64,000 bases of DNA from a virus: the IMG/VR virus record IMGVR_UViG_3300006316_000001, positions 32,001 through 96,000 of that record; one strand, 5' to 3'. Shown in pieces: positions 36,646 to 47,505 of the stretch. The notes below the pieces were generated by a model, which worked only from the letters and a program-made list of their open reading frames with translations, was not told the DNA's origin and searched no databases. The position numbers and the translations under genes are program-made. How positions within the stretch are numbered: the first letter of the stretch is position 1; every line of letters begins with the position of its first letter.

Positions 36646-37856
36646 TGGCTGCTTACGGTATGAATCTATACTTTAGCGGGTATCCTGTCATAAACTTGGA
36701 GGGGTGGTTAGCAATCATGCCCATTGGTGCAAGAGCGCATTCAACGGGCACTTCAGCGAACACCCCTAGTCGAGTTAGTTACTCAATGGGTTACTCAATC
36801 CCATATAAGTCTGGAGCCTCCGTAACAGTATCAGGTGGCGCCAGACATAATAAAGGTTTGACATCGGATACACGTGTGGCTGCAGTCACAGATACAACCG
36901 TGGGTGCTTCTTCGGCCACCATAACATATCAACCTCAAGGTTCACCAACTTCAGAAAATGCTTGGACTGGATGTGTGGCATATGCTACTGCTGATCAGCG
37001 TTATCTCAGCGATACTTCTGGGTATGGCATATTCACTAACAATAATGGCGTTAGTACGGTTCTGAATAATCAAACTCCGCCAATGATAGTTAGACAGAGA
37101 TATGAGCAAGATGTTAGTGCAAACTATTCAGGAGTGGTTGTATTTTCGCCGCCTGAGTTGAATAAAAATTTACAGACTAACTTTGCTACTACAGTTTATG
37201 TTGGATGTAGAAATAATGAAGCTGCTTGTCATGCATACCTGTACCCGAAAGATGGTGAATCATTTTCTTCTGGTGCTGATGTGCATGTTAGATTTTTCAG
37301 TAAGGATGCTTCGCACGGTTCCCGAATCTTCAACTATGGTGGTAATGCTGCAACGAGAGTTTATTGTCTCGTGGCTGACAATAATAATGCTTCTGCCCCA
37401 TCTGGGTATGGTGTGGCCATTTATAATTCATCTGGTGCATTGACCATGTCAGAAAACGCAGTTCCTGTGTTATGTAAGGGCGTTGTCAACAGCTTCAAAA
37501 TGTCATACAATTACAATGGTACCACAACTTTCCCATTCTCCACACAATCTGTTTCTGGTTTAAGTGGGAACTTGACATCTTCCGACACATTCCTATTTCA
37601 AGTACATCCCAATCAACGTGGTGGGTACATGTACGTTGACAATATGGGTGGTTTCGCCCCAACTGCTGATGTTGGTCCAATGATCTCATATGTTAGTGGT
37701 GGTAGTGTCCGAACCTCCATGATAGTCACATCAAGGGGCAATATAGTCAACGCTGGATCCTTGGGGTGGAGGCATTACCATGTTGATACGCCCTTTCTAT
37801 CACAATCAATACCGCTTCTAGTGGTTAGAGGTGAAGACTACTTCACTTCACTGTAA
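36645..37856 (+). CDS. Tail tip-associated / receptor-binding protein
   Basis: TAATG-coupled to gpJ; repeated YG...N..G motifs. Confidence 0.55.
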   Translation: MAAYGMNLYFSGYPVINLEGWLAIMPIGARAHSTGTSANTPSRVSYSMGYSIPYKSGASVTVSGGARHNKGLTSDTRVAAVTDTTVGASSATITYQPQGSPTSENAWTGCVAYATADQRYLSDTSGYGIFTNNNGVSTVLNNQTPPMIVRQRYEQDVSANYSGVVVFSPPELNKNLQTNFATTVYVGCRNNEAACHAYLYPKDGESFSSGADVHVRFFSKDASHGSRIFNYGGNAATRVYCLVADNNNASAPSGYGVAIYNSSGALTMSENAVPVLCKGVVNSFKMSYNYNGTTTFPFSTQSVSGLSGNLTSSDTFLFQVHPNQRGGYMYVDNMGGFAPTADVGPMISYVSGGSVRTSMIVTSRGNIVNAGSLGWRHYHVDTPFLSQSIPLLVVRGEDYFTSL

Positions 37857-38003
37857 AACAATAAACTTTTGGCTCCGAGAGGGTTGCCAATTGGAACTAG
37901 GGGTAAGTTTACCGCTTACTCCATAACTAGCCTGATTGGCATATAAATTTAACTAAAACCCCTATTCTGAGCAACAGGGATTTACCCAACAAAAGGAAAA
38001 GCT

Positions 38004-41000
38004 ATGGCTATTCAAACTGAGAGTTTCCCAATTACCGTTAGACGTGGTGATACGACACTATTCCGTTGGTGTCTTGAATATGTTGATCCTGTTACTGGTG
38101 TCGTCATCGGTCCAGTCGACATGTCTGGTTGGGTCATTCGTGCTGCCGCAAAGTATGATCAAGCGAGCGTGGTATACAACTTCCCAATCGACTCAACACC
38201 TGTAAATGGTATTTTTGAAACATACATTAATGAAGCTGATTCTAAGAAGCTTCTTGAGACTGACTCTTCAGTCGGTCTAACAGCAAAATATGAAATTGAA
38301 TTCACAATCCCGAACGGTGCGCGTGAAGAAGTTGCAACAGTCATAAATGCACCATTTGTGGTAATCCCTGATCTTGTTGGTGATGATCTTGGTGGTGACG
38401 GTGGTGATCCAGGAACGACATTGTCGTCAGCTTCATCACCATTCGGTGTGCAGAGCGTTAACCGTTCTTCTTCTACGCAAGTTACCGATTTGGGTAACGG
38501 GACACTATTCCGCGTCAACACTGATCCAATCGAAGGTCTACCGACAGGCATCACTCCAGAGTCTGGAGAGTATGATGTACGAATCACATTCAGTGAGTCT
38601 AATCCTGGATACAATTCAGAGATTACATCTATTGGTACATGGGAAGGTATCATCTTCAATACGACTCAACGTCTTGATGATCTTGTTGATACCCCTAATA
38701 CAAAAGTTGACCGCGCATTCTTGGTATCAAATACAACACAGAGCACTGAGTGGGTTAAGCCTACTGTGACTGCGTTGGATGGTATTAAGATCGTTGATGA
38801 GGAATTGATTGATTCACCGAAGGTTGGTCTATCGATTACCAGTATCGCTCAGGAATCGCAAGCTGCATCAACAACAGACATGATCGCTATCGAAATTCCT
38901 GGAGTGGGTGTCCGTAAGATTAGCGTTCAGAAATTCAACGCTAGTGTGGCAGCATACCGTCCTCGTGGCTCAATCGCTTTGGACAACTTCAGTAGCGGTG
39001 GTACAGTCACTGATGATTACGATGGTGTTGTGGTTGTTAATGCTACTACCGCTCCACCTACAGCGTCAAATGGCGCGTCATACGTGTCAACTCGTGATGC
39101 TGAATCGAACAGTATTGATGGCACTGAGACCAACTATAAAGTTGGTGATATTCTGATTTGGGATGGCGATAGCTGGGTTCGAGCTACTAGTGGTGTTGAA
39201 TCTTGGCAAGGTAAGCAGGGTGAAGTTAAAGTTGAGCTTGGTGATTTGAGTTCTTCAATAATCCATGTGGGTTCTAATGTGGGTAAGTCTGTTGAGACTG
39301 AGCAGAATGAGCAGAATGCTAGACTCTCACAAAATGAGACTGATATCCAAACCATCAATACCCGTTCTCTTGAGAATAGTGCTAAGATTGATGCTATCGA
39401 AATGGCACCAGTGTTCCCGCAGTCTTATGACTTCGAAGCTGATAAAGAAATTCGTAAACGTGCACTTTCTGGTTCAGGCTTTATTGAATGGGGTAAACAC
39501 CCAACAAACTTATCATCGTTCGAAATGCCTATCAATGAGGGGATGTTCACATCAGGTTCCATTGATAACTCACGAAAGGGTTTATTGACCATCGGTGCCA
39601 GTAATTCAGCCCTTTCTCTGGAGGGTTCGTCCCGTTCAGATTATGCGGTTCTTAATTCTGAGGGTGTTGAGTATTTCCTTTCTGATTTTGAAGATGATAG
39701 TTATGGCATTCAAGCCCCATTCCCTGATTCGCCAGACGGTTCTAAGATTTTTGATAATATTAGTGGTGAAGTGCGCAAGTATAATAGTAATCCAGGAATT
39801 GGTACTGAGTATGAAGCATATACCATCAACTTTGACGGTAATACGTGGTTGGATCTGTCAGAAAATCGATACATGTTACCTGTTGGGTCAACTGTCGAAT
39901 TCAAATTTATCTGGACCGAAGTTGGCGGTTCTAATCGTCTAATGTTTGAATCATATCTACAAAAATCTAGAGTTTTTGTTGATGGCGTTACTAAGAATTT
40001 GGCTATTACTGGATTCAACAACCCAACCATCAATGGAGCTGGAGTGACATCTCAGACATTTACTATCGAAGATGGTGTAGAGTATCACTTCAGTGGAACT
40101 GTAGTGGCTGATACCTCAACTGATAGGGTGGGTATAAGTAGCACTGGATCTGCTGCATTTTTGGGTAATATTTGGGACATTAAGCTTGCTTCTAGTGAAG
40201 ATGGTGTTGACCCTATTGAATTCAATACAGTGAAACACCAACCCAAAGCTGATAATGTGCCGTCATTCCCTACCGTTGGTGGTGACGTTAACCCTAACTA
40301 TGTAACTGGATACTATGTTGACTATGATGATGATGGTGTTGTTAAAATACCAACCTTCCCTCTTTCAGATAAGTTGACATTGACAGTTTCATTCAGAGCT
40401 GACGACGTATCTAGAACTATGTGGTTTGGTACTGATTCTGTCTCTGGTGGTCGATTATACTTCAACAATGATGTGACTCAAAATCAATTTGACATCAGTA
40501 TTGGTTCATCAGCAAATACTTTAGTCTTTGACAGAATTGATGTTGGTAAAGTTTACACTGCTGTTGTTGAGTTGGTCAAGGGTAGTGATGGTAAATATTC
40601 TGCGACTGCTAACATGGACGGTCAAACAAGAACATCTTACCCTGAAACATATACCGTTGATGAAATCGATGATTTCTGGTTAGGTGGTATGGGTAATGAT
40701 GGTAACCCATCAGATAGATGGAATGGTGACATCTTCGATCTCAGAATCGAATATCCTGATGCTCCTGATATGAATCGCTATTATAGTGGTTTTGAAAGCG
40801 TGAATCCGCAAGATCGTTTAACCGTTACTGATAATGATGGTTTCGGTGAGAATGATTGGTCTCCATCATTTTCAGAACATAGCACATCTAGATATGTGGA
40901 GATACCTGAATGGAGACCATCTGAGTATGGTGAACATTCAATTGAGTGTATGTTTAGAATGCCTGCACTTCCGCAATCTGGTAAGCATTACAAGTTAATT

Positions 41001-44000
41001 TCTGACCGCACCCCTGAAGGGGCAGCAGCTGCTGGTTTATATCTTTCTGTGGATGCTGCTGGTAGGCTTAATTGTAACTGGTTTTCAGCCCTTGATTTCG
41101 ACACACTGGAAATTAACAAGACGTACCATTTGAAATATGTCCAATACGCATATAGCGGTAGTCGAAAGGGGCAATTATTCGTTAATGGTGTGTCTGTGAG
41201 CGATAAGATGGATGTGGATGCTCCTATTACTGTTGTGCGTAGTATTGGTGCTGGTGGCTATGGACACGGCTTAAATGGTGCAGTTTGGGATGTTCGATTG
41301 ATTGACAATAGCATGCCAAACAACGACCGTCATTATCCAATGACAGTGAACAGCGTTTCTAGACCAACTACCAAAACTGTTGTTGATGCTGGTTTCGATA
41401 AGGATACTGCGCCATTCTATAGTCCTGATTGGGGTACTTCATTCAATACTAGAGTCGCTGCCATCCCTGAATGGGTAGCATCTTCTGATTCAGTGATAAG
41501 ATTCAAGACTATAGTTGATGCGGTTGCCGCTGATGGTTCAGACTATATGCACTGGTGTGGCGCTGATGGTTCTAATGCTGATAGTTCGGTGTATGTTAGA
41601 GTCGTTGATGGTACTGAGTACAAATTCTTCTTTTCGGGAACTACCAAAAATTGTGAGATTAATGGTGTTGCTGTTCAGTCCGGTATTGTGTATAATTATC
41701 TCGGGCAAGAAGTTGAGATAACAATATACCCAGAAGAGGGTAAGAAGGTTCAGCACATAGGCGCTAGATCATCATCAGGCTATGGTTCTATAAATGGGCG
41801 AATTTGGGATTTTGAGTTGATAGATAATGTTGACCCAACTAACTCACGTTTCTACCCTATTGTTGAGGAACGTAAAGATGTTATCTATGAGTTGAATGGT
41901 ACTGACCTTTTGGCTCAGGGATGGATGAGCTCAACTGCCAATTCAACTTTCGTGGACAATGTGTGGACACTGACTGACGGTGCCACTTCCACAAATGGTA
42001 TTGCAACTGCGGCAGCTCCTAGCATGGAGGATGGTAAAACTTACATTCTTGAGTATGATTTTGTGGCTCAAACCAATGACGCTAGTACCATTCAGTTGAG
42101 AAATAGTGTTGGCACTTCGGGTGGTGCAGAACCATTTACAGTTCTTGGCACTTTTAGTGGGACGCATCGATACACCGGAACGTGGGAATTCACTACCGAT
42201 GACAATGGTGGCTTCCGTGGCATTTACATTCGATGCCTATCGGTTGATTCTGGAGATTCATTAACGATTGAGAAGTTTACCATTCGTGATGCTGAAAGTG
42301 TCACAAGTGGTACTGTGATGGCGGAAACGCTAAGAACTGACTTCACTGAAAATCAGGATTTCACAGTAACAAGTTATTGGAACTACATTAATGGAAGTTC
42401 TGCCATAATCCGCAATAATGGTTACGTTGAGTTTGATGGATCATTGGATGACTGTCGCATAGGACGAGACTTACCAACAATTGAGGTTGAAGAAGTTGAG
42501 TTTTCTTTCGAGATTTATGATTATGTTGCTGGTAGTTGTACACTTTACTATTATGGACCAGAAAGTGAAAATGATGATGGACCAACAACCACAGTTACTG
42601 GTAATGGTGTTTACACTGGCACAATCAAATGTGATAAATCATATGGTTACTCTGGTCGTATTATGATTAGGGGGCGAGATGTATCATCTCAATTCCCTGA
42701 GTTCAAGATACGTAATGTCTCTGTAATTCCTGTTAGAGACGGTACTTTAACCAACTTCCCTGAAGGATCTGAGTGGGCTATTGCGGGCGTTTCAGGTAAA
42801 ACTGATGGAACCCTTGGTGGTGGTTTCCCTGAAGGATCTGAGTGGAGTCAAGCACAATTACCTAATACTGATGGTATCATGGAAAATTTCTCCACCACTT
42901 GGAAGTACAATTCTGGTGTGTATGAAGCTGAGGTTAATGGTAACGCCACAGGTGTTGATATGTTGTTGACTGCGCCTCAGAAAGCTTTCTTGGCTGTTGA
43001 TGATGATCCAAAATTCAGCGTTATCGTTGATCGCAAGGACTTTGTGTTCATTGAAACATGGCGTGAGGATTTGGCGTTACATGATCTGGTTGCTCCTAAT
43101 GGATGCGTTCAGTATCAAAAATCAACTCATGATGGTGTTTCGCTTTCATTGATCGACCCATTAAAGCAGGGTTATTCTGCATATGGTGAGTGGGATAATG
43201 TTACACGCGGCTACTTTGCCACATGGTCAACTATGACTAATGCAGAGAAGTTGAAGTGGTCAGAAAATCCTGCAAACAATATCCACTATTCTGCTGATGA
43301 TGGGAAATTCTACCAAGAGAAGTTTCGCGTTTGTGTTGCTGAGGGCGTTGGTAATGGTTGGCGAGTTTCGCACGGAGATACTTTCTGGAGAAATTACACC
43401 AGCTTGATCTACGTCAGTGATCTTGATAGAACCATGGTATTGCCGATACAAGGTGCAACAACAACACCTTACGGTTTGACGACTGGTGAATCCGCTTATC
43501 GAACTCCTGGATACGCTAACCGTGCTGTGGTTAAGTATTTGGCAAATTATGATGTCGCGTCAGCAAGAGTGTTCAATAACATAGAATATGATTCTAGTAT
43601 TTCAGCTACTGGATATGCTAACTGTATTCCTGTTGCTCTTGTTCAGCGCATGAACCAAGGTTCGTATGACCTCAGACTGAACCCATACGGTACTGCTACA
43701 CCTACATGTCCACCAGAAATCCAATCATATATGGTTTGTAAGCAAATTGATGATGTTTTGCAAATTAATCAAACATCACTAAGTCAGTGCTTCGCTACTG
43801 GAAATAGATATGGTGTTGGTGGTTATATTGCTGGTAGATATGCTGATACTGGTGTGGTTGGTTCTGGTAGTTCTTTGAATGGCATTCGTGGTGGTGTTGA
43901 AAATACTTTCTGTGATTGTGTATATAACTGTCAGGTTGAAGACTTACGTTTGAATGCTAATAAGCAGAACAAGCAAGAGTTATTGACTGATGGTACGCGA

Positions 44001-45167
44001 AGAAGTGTTGCGGCTAAGACTCGTGGTCTTGGTAAGGTTCCGTACCTTCTAGCCTCGACTTTGGGCAGCTCAACTGGTAGAGAAGATGGCGTGTCATTCT
44101 ATGGCGTGCAAGCGCGAATCCAGATCTATGGTAGATTGCCTGACGGTAGGTATGTTTCTGATGTCATTAGGGTTGGTGATGTAACCACATTCATCAATAC
44201 CAATGATGGTACATCAACCACAATGGCATGTTCGAGCATCAATAAAAACGACAACTCTGCGTGGTTCTATTATGCTGACAGCTTTACCGAAAAGCCTAGT
44301 AATGATCCTGGATGGTTGAGCGGGACTGCTAATAATGACGCTAGTCATATGCGGTTCATGATCCATACTAGATTGTCTAGCGAGTTTGATTCTTTACCGT
44401 GGGTTGACATCATCGGTGATCCTGCTCGAATAGAGGCGACATTCCCTAATGGTGTTGTTGGACAGTACATCAACCAAATGCCAACTGGTTCAGAACTGGA
44501 TTGGCCATTGAATGAGAAATGTTCATCATCAACTGCCGTATCAATCAACACTGTAAATGATGGTGTTGGGTGGATCACAACAGTTAGAACTGTTAATGGG
44601 ATTAAGAACCAACTGGATGATGTGGCGTTCATAACTGACGCTGTCACGCTACTTCTGTACAACACAGAATCTGACTTCACGGCTCTTGATACCACTAATG
44701 ATGTTGTTGGTGATTTGGGTGATGTGTTTTATTCTGATACGCATGCTGTTGCGTCCGGAAATCGTCTAATGTGCAGTCTTACTGGTGACATTGGTAAGCA
44801 TGATGCGCACCCAATAATGGGCTATTCACGCATGACCAATTATGTGATGCGTCGCAATACACTGAGATCTGAAGATGTTTATGACCATACCCACGCTTCG
44901 ATTGATTTGGAAGCGCCACATTATGGTTCTAATGCATTTAAGGCTCTCCCTCACTTAATTGAGAAGAATGGTCTACTGTACATTCAATGGCGCGCAACAC
45001 AGTTGGTGTATGATGATGATTCATTCCTACCTTGGGGTGATGATAGCAGAATCACCATCGTTGACGGTGAGACAACCAAGACTGACCTTAATGGTCACAC
45101 GGTTAAGGTTGTCACGCACACTGAGTTGAATCCAGTCGGCATCGCTAACAACAACGAAACACTCTAA
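38004..45167 (+). CDS. Giant multi-domain tail fibre/adhesin (BppU-like N-terminus, LamG/ConA-like and CBM-like repeats)
   Basis: 2387 aa; TVRRGDT start; four repeats ending G.IWD..L; beta-rich. Confidence 0.75.
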   Translation: MAIQTESFPITVRRGDTTLFRWCLEYVDPVTGVVIGPVDMSGWVIRAAAKYDQASVVYNFPIDSTPVNGIFETYINEADSKKLLETDSSVGLTAKYEIEFTIPNGAREEVATVINAPFVVIPDLVGDDLGGDGGDPGTTLSSASSPFGVQSVNRSSSTQVTDLGNGTLFRVNTDPIEGLPTGITPESGEYDVRITFSESNPGYNSEITSIGTWEGIIFNTTQRLDDLVDTPNTKVDRAFLVSNTTQSTEWVKPTVTALDGIKIVDEELIDSPKVGLSITSIAQESQAASTTDMIAIEIPGVGVRKISVQKFNASVAAYRPRGSIALDNFSSGGTVTDDYDGVVVVNATTAPPTASNGASYVSTRDAESNSIDGTETNYKVGDILIWDGDSWVRATSGVESWQGKQGEVKVELGDLSSSIIHVGSNVGKSVETEQNEQNARLSQNETDIQTINTRSLENSAKIDAIEMAPVFPQSYDFEADKEIRKRALSGSGFIEWGKHPTNLSSFEMPINEGMFTSGSIDNSRKGLLTIGASNSALSLEGSSRSDYAVLNSEGVEYFLSDFEDDSYGIQAPFPDSPDGSKIFDNISGEVRKYNSNPGIGTEYEAYTINFDGNTWLDLSENRYMLPVGSTVEFKFIWTEVGGSNRLMFESYLQKSRVFVDGVTKNLAITGFNNPTINGAGVTSQTFTIEDGVEYHFSGTVVADTSTDRVGISSTGSAAFLGNIWDIKLASSEDGVDPIEFNTVKHQPKADNVPSFPTVGGDVNPNYVTGYYVDYDDDGVVKIPTFPLSDKLTLTVSFRADDVSRTMWFGTDSVSGGRLYFNNDVTQNQFDISIGSSANTLVFDRIDVGKVYTAVVELVKGSDGKYSATANMDGQTRTSYPETYTVDEIDDFWLGGMGNDGNPSDRWNGDIFDLRIEYPDAPDMNRYYSGFESVNPQDRLTVTDNDGFGENDWSPSFSEHSTSRYVEIPEWRPSEYGEHSIECMFRMPALPQSGKHYKLISDRTPEGAAAAGLYLSVDAAGRLNCNWFSALDFDTLEINKTYHLKYVQYAYSGSRKGQLFVNGVSVSDKMDVDAPITVVRSIGAGGYGHGLNGAVWDVRLIDNSMPNNDRHYPMTVNSVSRPTTKTVVDAGFDKDTAPFYSPDWGTSFNTRVAAIPEWVASSDSVIRFKTIVDAVAADGSDYMHWCGADGSNADSSVYVRVVDGTEYKFFFSGTTKNCEINGVAVQSGIVYNYLGQEVEITIYPEEGKKVQHIGARSSSGYGSINGRIWDFELIDNVDPTNSRFYPIVEERKDVIYELNGTDLLAQGWMSSTANSTFVDNVWTLTDGATSTNGIATAAAPSMEDGKTYILEYDFVAQTNDASTIQLRNSVGTSGGAEPFTVLGTFSGTHRYTGTWEFTTDDNGGFRGIYIRCLSVDSGDSLTIEKFTIRDAESVTSGTVMAETLRTDFTENQDFTVTSYWNYINGSSAIIRNNGYVEFDGSLDDCRIGRDLPTIEVEEVEFSFEIYDYVAGSCTLYYYGPESENDDGPTTTVTGNGVYTGTIKCDKSYGYSGRIMIRGRDVSSQFPEFKIRNVSVIPVRDGTLTNFPEGSEWAIAGVSGKTDGTLGGGFPEGSEWSQAQLPNTDGIMENFSTTWKYNSGVYEAEVNGNATGVDMLLTAPQKAFLAVDDDPKFSVIVDRKDFVFIETWREDLALHDLVAPNGCVQYQKSTHDGVSLSLIDPLKQGYSAYGEWDNVTRGYFATWSTMTNAEKLKWSENPANNIHYSADDGKFYQEKFRVCVAEGVGNGWRVSHGDTFWRNYTSLIYVSDLDRTMVLPIQGATTTPYGLTTGESAYRTPGYANRAVVKYLANYDVASARVFNNIEYDSSISATGYANCIPVALVQRMNQGSYDLRLNPYGTATPTCPPEIQSYMVCKQIDDVLQINQTSLSQCFATGNRYGVGGYIAGRYADTGVVGSGSSLNGIRGGVENTFCDCVYNCQVEDLRLNANKQNKQELLTDGTRRSVAAKTRGLGKVPYLLASTLGSSTGREDGVSFYGVQARIQIYGRLPDGRYVSDVIRVGDVTTFINTNDGTSTTMACSSINKNDNSAWFYYADSFTEKPSNDPGWLSGTANNDASHMRFMIHTRLSSEFDSLPWVDIIGDPARIEATFPNGVVGQYINQMPTGSELDWPLNEKCSSSTAVSINTVNDGVGWITTVRTVNGIKNQLDDVAFITDAVTLLLYNTESDFTALDTTNDVVGDLGDVFYSDTHAVASGNRLMCSLTGDIGKHDAHPIMGYSRMTNYVMRRNTLRSEDVYDHTHASIDLEAPHYGSNAFKALPHLIEKNGLLYIQWRATQLVYDDDSFLPWGDDSRITIVDGETTKTDLNGHTVKVVTHTELNPVGIANNNETL

Positions 45168-45216
45168 AAATAAGGGGGTATCTCTATACCCCCAATTCCT
45201 TACTATGGAGAAACTG

Positions 45217-47475
45217 ATGGACAAGATAATCACTTCTAGTGTGAGTGGGCGAGTCCCCACAACCACTAATTTGAGCACCCAACAGGTGGCGGTTAATACT
45301 GCTGATGGTGCAATTTATGCTAATGATGGTAATGGTAACATTATTCAATTAAACACCACCATTGATAGTGACCTAAACTTCAAGGGTGCTATAACAATAA
45401 CATCAGAGACCACGCCCGAAGTTCCTGATGTTAACACACATAGACAGGGTGATTATTACGTTCTTTCCAATCCTGATAATTACTCAGATTGGAACGGGTA
45501 CGGACAAATTTTTAACCAAGACATGTTAATGCATAATGGTACGACATGGCAAGTATCATCAAGTAAAGAAGCATTTGATGGAATCTACGTCAATATCGAT
45601 GGTGACCAGATGAACGGTCCATTGACCTTGCCGTCGGGTACACCAACCAATGATAATCATGCCACGAATAAAAAGTTCGTCACTGACTTAGATGCCACTA
45701 GCGTTAAACTATCCGGAAATCAGAACGTTTCAGGTCGTAAACGCTTTACAACCACAGACTCTTTAAAAGTACCCGTTGGTGACACTTCAGAGCGCGGTAC
45801 TGGTGAAATGGGTGCATTTCGCTTTAATTCTGACACTGGTGAAGCTGAGATGCACAACGGTGTTGAATGGGCTTCTGTTGGTGGTGGAGGTATTCCTGAA
45901 TATGTCATCAAAACGATAGGTTCAACATATAGTCTAGATAGAAATGCTGGTGTTCTAGTTGACACCACTTCAACTGGCGGTGACGTCACAATCACATTAC
46001 CTGATAATGGTGATGGTGTGATTGCTGGTGATTGGATATCTATTGGTATGTATACCACTGCTGATCACAATATCATCATCAAGTCTTCTGATCATAAAAT
46101 TATGGGACTGTCTGAGGATTTCGTAATTAATGTTGACTACCAAGTACTGACATTCAGTTTTGTCGATACGGTTGTTGGGTGGAAAATAGTACAGGCTGTC
46201 GGTGAATCGGAATCGCCTCAAGCTGTTAAGACAGTTGTGAAAGGTACGTATGAAAAGGGGACTACCACATTCGATATTGTTTATGATGTTGGATATGTTG
46301 ACGTGTTTGTCGGTGGCTTCAAGCTGGCCGACACAGAGTACACCGCGGATGATGGTGCGACTGTTGTTCTAAATAACGGTCTAATGGTGGAATCTTACGT
46401 CTATATCCAAGCATGGAACCACATGGGTGTTGAAGAGATTAACAGTGGCATGGTGTTATACGATGACACTAATTCTGATCTGAGTGTGGATACCGTTAAA
46501 GCCGCTCTAGATGTTGTGACCAAGAAGTCAGAGTTGTTGGATAAAGTGTTGACTGAATACGCTAACCCTAACCTAATTATTAATGGTGACATGGGTGTTT
46601 GGCAACGAAGTACAGACTTTACAGGCAAAAGTGGCTATCAATCAGTTGACCGTTGGAGACATACATCAAGCACTACCCGCGTTCAGCGATGGGACTACCC
46701 CACAGGTGCAATCCTAACAAAGTATGCTGCTTCAGTCTCCGGAACGGGAACGTACATCGGTATTGAGCAACGTATTGAGGAAGGGTACAAACTTATTGGT
46801 CAACAGATAACTTTTAGTTTCCAAGCAGACTTTGATAGTTCTGACGACCCTTATGTATTCTTACGTTTCCATAAAATCTCAGATGGTTCAGTTATTTCTA
46901 CTGGAATATCTATCCCAATAGTTACAACGTCGGGATGGAATCGATACATCTACACTGTGGATTTAGATGATCTGACAGAAGATGTAGATGTAGATGCTGA
47001 TGATGTTATGTTAAAGGTTCAGATAATAGGTAACGGCTCCAATACTGCAACATCAGAGTTCAGGATCACAGCGATTAAGTTGGAGTCTGGATCAGTAGCA
47101 ACTCCTTTTGTGGCTGATGATCCACAAACTAACCTTGCTAAGTGTCAGCGATACTACTATAGGGACTCTTCAGTTAATGGTACTTATGCGCCAATCTGCC
47201 CAGTGATTAAGTTTGGTGCTAGTAGTTTGATGGGTACAATTCCCTTACCAGTTAGAATGCGCATTACACCTGAATTTGTAATCTCTGACGCTGGTCACTT
47301 TCGTCTGATCGATCAAAATGCTGCGGTGCTGACAGATGTTACTAAGTACACTTATCCGTCAAAAGACCGCATCGGCATAGTAGTCGCAGCGAGCGGATTA
47401 GCTTCAGGGGATGTGGCATCAATGTTTACATTTAATAGTACTGTTGGTTGGTACGAAGCGGACGCTGAACTTTAG
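45217..47475 (+). CDS. Tail fibre with C-terminal carbohydrate-binding module
   Basis: GD.M.GPL, ATNKKFV, LKVPVG.T.ER, NLIINGDM.VWQR..DRW, KLE.G..ATPF..NLAKCQRYY. Confidence 0.75.
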   Translation: MDKIITSSVSGRVPTTTNLSTQQVAVNTADGAIYANDGNGNIIQLNTTIDSDLNFKGAITITSETTPEVPDVNTHRQGDYYVLSNPDNYSDWNGYGQIFNQDMLMHNGTTWQVSSSKEAFDGIYVNIDGDQMNGPLTLPSGTPTNDNHATNKKFVTDLDATSVKLSGNQNVSGRKRFTTTDSLKVPVGDTSERGTGEMGAFRFNSDTGEAEMHNGVEWASVGGGGIPEYVIKTIGSTYSLDRNAGVLVDTTSTGGDVTITLPDNGDGVIAGDWISIGMYTTADHNIIIKSSDHKIMGLSEDFVINVDYQVLTFSFVDTVVGWKIVQAVGESESPQAVKTVVKGTYEKGTTTFDIVYDVGYVDVFVGGFKLADTEYTADDGATVVLNNGLMVESYVYIQAWNHMGVEEINSGMVLYDDTNSDLSVDTVKAALDVVTKKSELLDKVLTEYANPNLIINGDMGVWQRSTDFTGKSGYQSVDRWRHTSSTTRVQRWDYPTGAILTKYAASVSGTGTYIGIEQRIEEGYKLIGQQITFSFQADFDSSDDPYVFLRFHKISDGSVISTGISIPIVTTSGWNRYIYTVDLDDLTEDVDVDADDVMLKVQIIGNGSNTATSEFRITAIKLESGSVATPFVADDPQTNLAKCQRYYYRDSSVNGTYAPICPVIKFGASSLMGTIPLPVRMRITPEFVISDAGHFRLIDQNAAVLTDVTKYTYPSKDRIGIVVAASGLASGDVASMFTFNSTVGWYEADAEL

Positions 47476-47505
47476 TCACTGATTATTGTCTAAGAGGAAA
47501 ATATA

